Source: a virus
Taxonomy: Duplodnaviria > Heunggongvirae > Uroviricota > Caudoviricetes
IMG/VR virus record: IMGVR_UViG_2537561934_000016
Length of the DNA: 15,809 nt
Strand: one strand, 5' to 3'
Each line of letters begins with the position of its first letter. The stretch's first letter is position 1. Below are positions 7,499 to 14,395 of this stretch, piece after piece. A program made the position numbers and the translations under genes. Below the pieces are notes generated by a model. That model saw only the letters and a list, made by a program, of their open reading frames with translations, did not search any database and had not been told where the DNA came from.

Positions 7499-10342
7499 AT
7501 GCACCCGTGCGGAGCAGTCGGCCAGCGTGGTGCTCTGGGAACCCATGCGACTGATGCTGCAGGCTCAGCACGTGCAGCCAGCACATCAGCCGGGCAGGCC
7601 GCGACGTCGGCTCAGTCAGCGTCTTCCAGCGCAGGAACGGCATCAACAAAGGCTACTGAAGCATCAAAAAGTGCTGCCGCTGCAGAGTCCTCAAAAAGCG
7701 CGGCGGCTACCAGTGCCGGTGCGGCGAAAACGTCAGAAACGAATGCTGCAGCGTCACAAAAATCTGCAGCCACTTCTGCATCCACCGCGACCACGAAAGC
7801 GTCAGAAGCTGCCACCTCAGCCCGGGATGCGGCGGCCTCAAAAGAGGCAGCGAAATCATCAGAAACGAGCGCAGCCTCGAGCGCCAGTAGTGCAGCCTCT
7901 TCGGCAACGGCGGCAGGAAATTCCGCGAAGGCCGCAAAAACGTCTGAGACGAATGCGGATAACAGCGCACAGGCGGCAGCGGCCTCACAAACTGCATCGG
8001 CAAACTCCGCGACAGCAGCCAAAAAATCAGAAACCAACGCGAAAAATAGCGAGGCAGCAGCAAAGAGCAGCGAAACTAATGCTAAATCCAGTGAAACAAA
8101 CGCGGCGAAATCTGCAGCGGACGCACTTAATTATCGCAACCAGGCACAATCCGTTGTTGGTAACAATATTGGTCTTGGTGAAGTTGCTATGACCTGCACT
8201 GATATCTCTGTTGAGCCATCAGGTTATATTGGATTTATCAGGATTTACATCTCAGCGAAAGGTTATCCATCAGTAGCGTCTAGTGCCGGGGATAATCTTA
8301 TTTCTGGTTATATAGTTAGATCAGAAGTGTCAACAAAAAGATATTCCGGTCTATTTGTTGGTTCAGATACAAAATCATTGTATTCGTACATTTACAGCCA
8401 AAGTTCTGGCCCGCAATGGATACGTCATACCCGCAGAGATGAATTAAGCCGCTTTGGTCAAAATGAATCAACAACTCGTATGTATGGTCCAACTGGTGAT
8501 CGTTTCTTTGAAATCCATACTAACGGGAGTTGGGGGGTTTATGATTCTTCTTCTGGACAATGGTCTCCGTTAGGTTTAGCCCAGGGTGGTACTGGTGGAA
8601 GAACTATCGAGCAAGCACGTGCGAACTTGCGGGTAATGTATGAGCAAAAAGCTGGCCTTGCTAATACTGACCTAAACACCCTTACCGGTGAATATTCTGG
8701 TTTCTATCAACAACCAACGAGCGCTTACGCAACAGAAGAATTAAATTACCCAATCGGTCTGGCGGGCGCTTTAATAGTGCTCCAAACGAGAGCCAACACT
8801 GCTTCTTCCTGCGTTCAGGTGTACCACCCTTATAATAATCCGGGAATTACTTATAGACGAATATATGAAGGAGGTAGCGGTACCTGGTCTGAATGGAAGA
8901 GAGATGTATCAACAGAAAGGGTTGAAGAGGGAAAAGAAACAACTTACGTATATTCTACGTATTCTTCAGGCGCACCACGCTTACAGGTTTCCAAATCTGG
9001 TTTGTGGGGTTGTCATAATGGCACTGGCTGGTTGCCATTAGCTGTTGGGCAAGGAGGTACAGGTGCGACAACAGTAGAAGATGCGCGAAACAACTTAAGT
9101 CTTGGCGAAAGTAGCGCAGTTAAATTTAAAAACCTTACTTTAACCGAAGCGCTCGACACGACATTAGGACTGCTTACAAAAACAGGACGAGACTGGAACG
9201 CTCAGCATACTGATAACGTCGACAAATTTAGACCAATTGCAGGCAGTACAAACGGCCCGGCAGGCTCTATGGTTCTTGGCGGCATTCATGTTCAATTTAG
9301 TAAAAATTATGCTGTGCAGTTCGGAGGCCGCAATTCCGGTTTTTGGGGAAGAACAATTGAAAATGGAACGACGCAGGAATGGAAGAAATTACTAACAGTA
9401 GACGATCTCAATTCATCTACCGCTCTTGCTGTCAGGTCATTAACCACATCTAACCCGATAAAATCTGGCGGAGGGCGGATTGATGTCCTTGGAAGCACGT
9501 CAGACTATAGCAAAATGGATTGCTTTGTACGTGGGTTTGATAGCACCGGTAATTCTCTCGCGTGGGCGTTGGGTTCATCAGTCGGCGTAAGTAAGATGCT
9601 GTCGCTAAAAAATTTCTTTAGCGGAGCTGAGATACTGCTAAATGGTAATGACGGCGCGGTTCAACTCAAAACAGGTGCTGTTAACGGTGCTAAAGCGCAG
9701 GCGCTCACTATCAACAAGGATGAGGTTAACTCAACTGTTGATTTAACTCTTACAAAACAAACAGGGACTGGCAATCGTTTTGTTTTACAGAACTTAGGTA
9801 ATACAGAACTACCATTTGCTGTCAAGGTGTGGGGTTCAGGTGATCGACAAAACGTTTTTGAGGTTGGAACGTCTGCCGCGTATCTGTTTTATGCTCAAAA
9901 AACATCGTCAGGTCAGCTGTTTGATGTAAACGGTGCTATTAACTGTACAACACTGAATCAGTTATCAGACCGCGAGCTGAAAGACAATATTCAGATTATC
10001 AGTGACGCAACCGAAGCTATCCGTAAAATGAACGGGTACACCTACACACTTAAGGAAAACGGACTGCCTTACGCTGGTGTTATTGCACAGGAAGCAATGG
10101 AGGCAATACCGGAAGCGGTAGGCTCATTCACTCATTACGGTAAAGAGTTGCAGGGACCAACGGTTGACGGCAATGAATTACGTGAAGAAACACGTTATCT
10201 GAATGTTGACTACGCCGCCGTGACGGGCTTACTTGTTCAGGTCGCCCGTGAAACAGATGATCGCGTTACCGCGCTGGAAGAAGAAAACGCAGAATTAAAA
10301 CAAAGATTATCTGCAATTGAGGCGGCGCTTGCCTCTAAATAA
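7499..10342 (+). CDS. stf: Side tail fibre (Stf-like) protein, N-terminally truncated, with C-terminal S74 intramolecular-chaperone domain, 947 aa
   Basis: Residues from about 15 onward (ATDAAGSARAASTSAGQAATSAQ ... AAATSAGAAKTSETNAAASQKSAATSAS) match an internal region of lambda Stf as I recall it. The C-terminal part begins with the S74 autoproteolysis signature SDRELKDNIQ (Ser codon at 9965-9967) and ends in a coiled coil. The frame opens 1 nt after a TGA. Confidence 0.8.
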   Translation: MHPCGAVGQRGALGTHATDAAGSARAASTSAGQAATSAQSASSSAGTASTKATEASKSAAAAESSKSAAATSAGAAKTSETNAAASQKSAATSASTATTKASEAATSARDAAASKEAAKSSETSAASSASSAASSATAAGNSAKAAKTSETNADNSAQAAAASQTASANSATAAKKSETNAKNSEAAAKSSETNAKSSETNAAKSAADALNYRNQAQSVVGNNIGLGEVAMTCTDISVEPSGYIGFIRIYISAKGYPSVASSAGDNLISGYIVRSEVSTKRYSGLFVGSDTKSLYSYIYSQSSGPQWIRHTRRDELSRFGQNESTTRMYGPTGDRFFEIHTNGSWGVYDSSSGQWSPLGLAQGGTGGRTIEQARANLRVMYEQKAGLANTDLNTLTGEYSGFYQQPTSAYATEELNYPIGLAGALIVLQTRANTASSCVQVYHPYNNPGITYRRIYEGGSGTWSEWKRDVSTERVEEGKETTYVYSTYSSGAPRLQVSKSGLWGCHNGTGWLPLAVGQGGTGATTVEDARNNLSLGESSAVKFKNLTLTEALDTTLGLLTKTGRDWNAQHTDNVDKFRPIAGSTNGPAGSMVLGGIHVQFSKNYAVQFGGRNSGFWGRTIENGTTQEWKKLLTVDDLNSSTALAVRSLTTSNPIKSGGGRIDVLGSTSDYSKMDCFVRGFDSTGNSLAWALGSSVGVSKMLSLKNFFSGAEILLNGNDGAVQLKTGAVNGAKAQALTINKDEVNSTVDLTLTKQTGTGNRFVLQNLGNTELPFAVKVWGSGDRQNVFEVGTSAAYLFYAQKTSSGQLFDVNGAINCTTLNQLSDRELKDNIQIISDATEAIRKMNGYTYTLKENGLPYAGVIAQEAMEAIPEAVGSFTHYGKELQGPTVDGNELREETRYLNVDYAAVTGLLVQVARETDDRVTALEEENAELKQRLSAIEAALASK
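7540..8110 (+). repeat. Ala/Ser/Thr-rich degenerate tandem repeats inside the tail-fibre gene
   Basis: Repeated units of the form AAKTSETNA / AAKSSETNAKSSETNAAKSA. The GC-rich low-complexity DNA gives spurious long ORFs in other frames. Confidence 0.5.
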
Positions 10343-10348
10343 TATTAA

Positions 10349-10370
10349 GGGGCTGTGCGCCCCGTTTTAT
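10349..10370 (+). terminator. Intrinsic terminator after the tail-fibre gene
   Basis: GGGGC-TGTGC-GCCCC hairpin followed by GTTTTATT, 7 nt after the stop codon. Confidence 0.6.
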
Positions 10371-10384
10371 TGGGTAGGATGAAA

Positions 10385-10672
10385 ATGGGTATAACACCTT
10401 TCCTTCATGCACTTTGTGCTGTGGCTGCGCAGATACTGGTGGGGCTTTTTACCGGAAACTGGGTTTACGGAGCGATAGCCAGTTGTACGTTCTTCATTGC
10501 GGGCGAACACACCCAAGCATAATATCGCTGGATTGAAATGTTCGGGCATGGCAAGCGGATTAACATGCCGTGGTGGGGCGGTTTTGATCCACGCGCATGG
10601 GATGTGGCAAGCCTGATGGATTTTGCTGTGCCGATGGTAGCGTGTCTTCTGATCTGGCTGTTGATCCGTTGA
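10385..10672 (+). pseudogene. Small hydrophobic protein gene interrupted by one in-frame TAA (45 aa, stop, 49 aa)
   Basis: ATG at 10385 with AGGA 5 nt upstream. Translation MGITPFLHALCAVAAQILVGLFTGNWVYGAIASCTFFIAGEHTQA, then TAA at 10520-10522, then in the same frame YRWIEMFGHGKRINMPWWGGFDPRAWDVASLMDFAVPMVACLLIWLLIR. Below the ORF-track size cutoff. Family not recognised. Confidence 0.3.
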
Positions 10673-10680
10673 ACATAAAA

Positions 10681-10729
10681 AGCCGCAGCAACTTGCCATG
10701 GCAGGATACTGCGGCTGGTTTGTGAGTTT
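10681..10729. terminator. Candidate bidirectional terminator between the small membrane ORF and the RT gene
   Basis: 8-bp stem AGCCGCAG (10681-10688) / CTGCGGCT (10709-10716) enclosing a perfect 10-bp palindrome TGCCATGGCA. T-rich on both flanks (GGTTTGTGAGTTT on plus; TTTTATGT on minus). Confidence 0.35.
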
Positions 10730-10850
10730 AAATAGTGTGTTTATTGCGATATATTTTAATGACTTAATGGATTACATATCTATGATATTCCTGAAATATC
10801 CTCTTCAAGCTCTTTTACTGATTTCGCAATTTTAAATTTAAACTTCCTCT

Positions 10851-12149
10851 CTATTTCACTATTGCTAAGTTTTTTTCCTTCTCTTTACCTATCCACATAG
10901 AAACAAGTTCTCGTTTCTGAGATATATGTAGATTGTCAAAGTTAGGTATGTATTTAAAAGTCTCCGCTCTACCTCTGCGGAGTTCATAGAAAGTTTTAAT
11001 CAAAGATTTTGGTTTTATTTCTGATGAAAGGCCGAATCGGCGGATAAGATTATTGATAGTATGATTAACAGAGCGAAGTTGAGCTGTTGAGGTTATTTGT
11101 GAGAAGTACGATACCCATCCCAATCGTTTACCTTCAAACACACATCCCGTAATTCTGAGATTTAGTTTCCACTGACAATATGCAACAGCTCGTTCTTTAT
11201 CACGCTTACTTTTAGCTTGTAGTAGAGCGTGCCTATATGCAGTAAAAATTTTTGCTAAGGATGACTCAAATCTAAGAATGCTCTCATGTTTTATCAATAA
11301 TTCTCGATTTTCTATGTGGTATCCCAAAAAGTTAAAACTTTCATCCAAACTGCCTACTTTGGATTTTGAGTTCTCTTCATTTAATGGATGTGGGTTTAAA
11401 TTTAATGATTGAAGCTTATCAATGATATGAGAAGCTATTTTTGTTGCTTGATATTTTGGTGTTAAAATAAGAATGTCATCAACGTATCGCATGTACCATA
11501 TGTCATGCATTTTATTGATTTCATCATCGAAATTAGATAGTGATATTTCAGCTAAAATGTTTGATATCGCTAATCCCTGAGGTACTCCTCTGGTATTATT
11601 AGGGATACCTTTGCTTCCTGTGGTTCCACTTACAGTAGGCACGATTAATGATGATGTTATTAACTGTCTAATTTCTTTTTTTCTAATTTTATTTTTTATT
11701 GCATTAATTATCAATTTATGTTCAATTGAAGGATAGAAACTTTTAAGATCTATTTTTGCATATTCAGCATATAGACTGTTGTTTAATGCTTCTTTCAATG
11801 AGTCAATTACTGTATGTGGTAGTTTTAATCTGGACTTAGGATATATTTCCGTAAGGCATTCACAGAGAGCTCTAAGAGTAATTCTGTCCCTAGCAGTTGG
11901 TATGGAAATCTGTCTGGGTGTAGAGTTAGCGCCTTTAGATATTAATTTTTCTTTATATGCTGTAAATTTGTAATTGCCAGAATTAACCTTTTCAAAAATG
12001 AAAGTGATCTCATTTTTTATTGTCAAATCAAGTTTTGATGGGCGAATCCGATCTATGCCAATCGCTCCTGATTCTTTGATTTTTTCAGAGTATACTTTTA
12101 GAAGATTTTTTTTCGAGAATGACTTTTTAAAAATTCTGCTTGCAGTCAT
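10851..12149 (-). CDS. Reverse transcriptase (defence-associated Abi/UG/retron-like RT), about 432 aa
   Basis: RT motifs are readable in the translation: IPTARDRITLRAL, GVPQGLAISNILAEISLSNFDDEI, catalytic YMRYVDDILIL (YVDD) and FNFLGYHI, followed by a roughly 130-aa C-terminal extension. The track start at 12155 is TTG; the first ATG is at 12149. The start overlaps the 3' end of the upstream membrane-protein gene by 23 nt. Strongly AT-rich. Confidence 0.85.
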   Translation of the reverse strand: MTASRIFKKSFSKKNLLKVYSEKIKESGAIGIDRIRPSKLDLTIKNEITFIFEKVNSGNYKFTAYKEKLISKGANSTPRQISIPTARDRITLRALCECLTEIYPKSRLKLPHTVIDSLKEALNNSLYAEYAKIDLKSFYPSIEHKLIINAIKNKIRKKEIRQLITSSLIVPTVSGTTGSKGIPNNTRGVPQGLAISNILAEISLSNFDDEINKMHDIWYMRYVDDILILTPKYQATKIASHIIDKLQSLNLNPHPLNEENSKSKVGSLDESFNFLGYHIENRELLIKHESILRFESSLAKIFTAYRHALLQAKSKRDKERAVAYCQWKLNLRITGCVFEGKRLGWVSYFSQITSTAQLRSVNHTINNLIRRFGLSSEIKPKSLIKTFYELRRGRAETFKYIPNFDNLHISQKRELVSMWIGKEKEKNLAIVK

Positions 12150-12678
12150 AGTCAATCCAAAGATATATTAATGGGAGTATATAAAGTGCGGCAGTAATAA
12201 ATATTCGAAGTAATATCCATAAAATAACAATTATTTTTTCTTTTTGTGTGGGGATCCTCGTCTTAAGTCCAACTTGAGTTACCCTTGAAATTTTATCATC
12301 TATGTCACGGTGATTCTCAACCTCATTGAGCAAATTAAAATATTTTTCTTTCTGTTCAAGAGATAACTGTTGACTGGTGGTAATGTCAAAATAGAGTCGC
12401 TGTAGTGCAATATAATTCCTTCTCATGGCTATTGCTCGACCACGAAAATCTAGGTTAGATACGATCAGAGAAATACCCAGTAGAGCCACTGAAAGTATCG
12501 CCGCAACGACATCTGTATTATCTCCTAGAACCTTTGGAAATCGCAACGTTACAATTGAAAGTACCGCACTCAATATAGCATACCAAACGAGGATAAATTG
12601 AGAGTGTTTTTCAAGCCATTCTAGTCGATGGTGCGCTTGGATACGTGCTTTATATGTAAACCAAATATTGTCATGCAT
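12127..12678 (-). CDS. Multi-pass membrane protein (SLATT-like topology by inference), 183 aa, co-operonic with the RT
   Basis: ATG (cat 12676-12678) with AAGGA 6 nt upstream. Hydrophobic helices ILVWYAILSAVLSIVTLRF, VVAAILSVALLGISLIVSN and IIVILWILLRIFITAALYILPLIYLWI. The 3' end overlaps the RT start. Confidence 0.7.
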   Translation of the reverse strand: MHDNIWFTYKARIQAHHRLEWLEKHSQFILVWYAILSAVLSIVTLRFPKVLGDNTDVVAAILSVALLGISLIVSNLDFRGRAIAMRRNYIALQRLYFDITTSQQLSLEQKEKYFNLLNEVENHRDIDDKISRVTQVGLKTRIPTQKEKIIVILWILLRIFITAALYILPLIYLWIDYDCKQNF

Positions 12679-12689
12679 AAAAGATCCTT

Positions 12690-12832
12690 TTTAAAAGCGG
12701 AAGGGGCAGGATATATTGGAACCGTTGAACATCCTGCCCGGCAGGATCAGTGAGCATAAGCTCAACAGTAAAATATTACTGTTCATTATCAGAGCCGCCC
12801 TTGCATGCGCAAGAGGAAAAACCTGCCCCATC
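12690..12832 (-). ncRNA. Structured 5' leader or candidate non-coding RNA upstream of the membrane-protein/RT operon
   Basis: Three copies of an 8-9 bp element in inverted orientation: GGGGCAGGAT (12703-12712), the palindrome ATCCTGCCCGGCAGGAT (12731-12747) and CCTGCCCC (12822-12829). Further local hairpins at CAGTAA-AATA-TTACTG (12765-12780) and around TTGCATGCGCAA (12801-12812). No ORF. Confidence 0.25.
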
Positions 12833-12840
12833 CCTTTGAA

Positions 12841-12869
12841 TTATTACAATTTAATGATCTTAAAGTCAA
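12841..12869 (-). promoter_or_regulatory. Candidate sigma70 promoter for the leader/membrane-protein/RT operon
   Basis: Minus strand reads TTGACT (-35; plus 12864-12869), a 17-nt spacer, then TAATAA (-10; plus 12841-12846) preceded by TG. Sequence match only. Confidence 0.3.
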
Positions 12870-12900
12870 TACAAGTGAATGGTGTCCAGAGATGATGAAC

Positions 12901-13149
12901 TTAATGAACAAACCACTCGTCAGCAGACTCCCAGGTATCTTTCAGAGTCTCCTGAACAAAAGTTTTAGCTGAATCTTTATCAGCGGTGCGCGTAACAGAA
13001 AGGCCATCGTTGCTGGTGGCTTTTACGATCACTTCTACATCGTCATAACGTTTACTGATGCGTCGGGTTAATTCTTCCTTTAACGCATCCACAGCACCGG
13101 TTGGCATTTTAGTCATTTTTTCTTTGGCTATGCAGATTTCAATACGCAT
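12901..13149 (-). CDS. DinI-family (DNA-damage-inducible protein I-like) protein, 82 aa
   Basis: Translation [31 protein letters not shown] ... [11 protein letters not shown] matches the remembered DinI pattern (MRIEVTIAK ... ETWESADDWFV). AGGGGA 6 nt upstream of the ATG. Two LexA boxes lie directly upstream. Confidence 0.8.
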   Translation of the reverse strand: MRIEICIAKEKMTKMPTGAVDALKEELTRRISKRYDDVEVIVKATSNDGLSVTRTADKDSAKTFVQETLKDTWESADEWFVH

Positions 13150-13161
13150 AAAAGTCCCCTA

Positions 13162-13181
13162 CACTGTATTTGTATACAGTA
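13162..13181. promoter_or_regulatory. LexA (SOS) box 1
   Basis: CACTGTATTTGTATACAGTA fits the CTGT-N8-ACAG consensus (TACTGTATATATATACAGTA) with an AT-rich core, 13-32 nt upstream of the dinI-like start. Confidence 0.6.
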
Positions 13182-13189
13182 TTATTTTT

Positions 13190-13209
13190 AACTGTATGGA
13201 TAAACAGTG
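13190..13209. promoter_or_regulatory. LexA (SOS) box 2
   Basis: AACTGTATGGATAAACAGTG fits CTGT-N8-ACAG. It lies 28 bp from box 1 and abuts the integrase stop codon. Confidence 0.5.
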
Positions 13210-14307
13210 TCAAGAGGTCTTATTTCTGCTCCTTTGGAGTTCTTCAAAACGATTATGTAAAGATTTCGGATACAGTTCGGTATATACCTGCCATAGCACG
13301 TTTAATGAACGATGCCCTGTAACCTGAGCGACTTCCTCAATACTAAAACCAGCCTCAAATAAGCGACTTGCCCCTTCTCTACGCAAATCATGGTATCTCA
13401 GATCTTTAATACCTAATTTGCTTCTTACCCTCTGAAATCCTGCGGTAACAGAAGTGCTGTTATATGGAAAAATGAATTCTGATTTTTTGGGTTGTCGCTG
13501 GACGATATCCCAGGCTTCCCCAAGCAAGGCAACTTTCATATGGTTGCCTTCCTTTTTACGTGGATCTTTCCTGTCTCTTACTAGTATAGATTTTTGTTCC
13601 TGGTCGAGATCTTCCCATCGTAACCGGCATACTTCTCCGATTCGCATACAGGACCACACAGAAAATTTGAGGATATCAACGAACGGAATTTTTGAGCATT
13701 TATGAGTAGATCGTTGTTGAAGGCCTTCAATGAGCATGTTCAGTTCATCAGATGCTGGTCTACGATTACGACGGTTTGATTTACCAATCAAACCGAGTTT
13801 AAGTAGATATGGACGAGCGCTTTTCGCCGGGTTTGATGTGTAATTGATTCCGTATACAGGTTTTGCCGCATCCAGAACACTGCCAAGATAACTAACATCG
13901 TGGCTGACTGTTGCTGGGCCTGCACCAGCGTTGTTTCTTAGCCTGCAATGTTCAATTACGTCATTTTCTGTCAGTTCAGATAGTTTGATCGCGGAGATGT
14001 CACTATCCATAAGCAGTTCCAGCACATATCTTTTAGTACGGCCTGCTTTACCTCCGGCATTTGGGTCATTTAAATATTTGTGTAGTAAGTCACGGACTGT
14101 AAGTCCGTCAACAGCATTTGATGATGGAATGCCATATAGATCTAATTCCATCACTTTCTGTGCGCCCCATGTTTTGGCATGAGCATGTTTAGGGAATGTT
14201 TTGCTTTCCCTGTAAGTGATAACACCTTTTTCTTTGATAATCACATTACAGCGATAGCGTGGTGTGCCATCGGATTTTAGTCGTTTCTCTATGTTATAGT
14301 ACGCCAT
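13210..14307 (-). CDS. int: Tyrosine recombinase / phage integrase (dusA-associated type by context), 365 aa
   Basis: Integrase-sized protein whose C-terminal region HDLRREGASRLFEAGFSIEEVAQVTGHRSLNVLWQVYTELY carries the His/Arg/Tyr pattern of tyrosine recombinases. Encoded divergently from dusA, 88 bp from its start. Confidence 0.9.
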   Translation of the reverse strand: MAYYNIEKRLKSDGTPRYRCNVIIKEKGVITYRESKTFPKHAHAKTWGAQKVMELDLYGIPSSNAVDGLTVRDLLHKYLNDPNAGGKAGRTKRYVLELLMDSDISAIKLSELTENDVIEHCRLRNNAGAGPATVSHDVSYLGSVLDAAKPVYGINYTSNPAKSARPYLLKLGLIGKSNRRNRRPASDELNMLIEGLQQRSTHKCSKIPFVDILKFSVWSCMRIGEVCRLRWEDLDQEQKSILVRDRKDPRKKEGNHMKVALLGEAWDIVQRQPKKSEFIFPYNSTSVTAGFQRVRSKLGIKDLRYHDLRREGASRLFEAGFSIEEVAQVTGHRSLNVLWQVYTELYPKSLHNRFEELQRSRNKTS

Positions 14308-14326
14308 TACACGACCTCGTTATTTC

Positions 14327-14362
14327 GGGTTCCCATAAAGCGTGGGAACCTGTGCGGGAACC
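14327..14362. promoter_or_regulatory. GGGAACC repeat cluster in the int-dusA intergenic region (candidate integrase or regulator binding sites)
   Basis: GGGTTCCC (14327-14334, inverted) plus two direct copies of GGGAACC (14344-14350 and 14356-14362) spaced 12 bp apart. Confidence 0.3.
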
Positions 14363-14395
14363 TAACGCGAGAAAAATAGCCTGAAATGTTCAAAA

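Noticed and set aside
5624-7649. Antisense and alternative-frame ORFs within the terminase and portal region (5624..5854, 6041..6253, 6317..6547, 6330..6605, 6430..6843, 6702..6959, 7242..7649)
   Set aside because: GC-rich coding DNA produces long open frames on the opposite strand. The translations are Arg/Pro-rich and overlap the syntenic morphogenesis genes.
7527-8192. 221-aa plus-strand ORF rich in Arg, Gln and Pro, with minus-strand ORFs 7612..8037 and 7707..8063 in the same place
   Set aside because: All are alternative-frame readings of the GC-rich Ala/Ser-repeat DNA of the tail-fibre gene. The translations are low-complexity, and the tail-fibre frame has clear homology.
10367-10699. 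110-aa minus-strand ORF
   Set aside because: Cys/His-rich and not protein-like. It is antisense to the plus-strand small hydrophobic ORF, which has a proper ribosome-binding site.
12679-12900. Calling the RT leader a definite retron msr/msd
   Set aside because: Inverted repeats are present, but the membrane gene sits between the leader and the RT, and I cannot confirm retron-specific RT motifs (NAxxH, VTG) or the priming-G context from sequence alone. Kept as a hypothesis only.
11779-14182. Short plus-strand ORFs antisense to the RT, DinI-like and integrase genes (11779..11973, 11974..12171, 13058..13327, 13454..13705, 13931..14182), and 9307..9498 and 3952..4176
   Set aside because: No ribosome-binding sites and not protein-like. 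They overlap genes with clear family signatures, or lie in the non-coding structured region.
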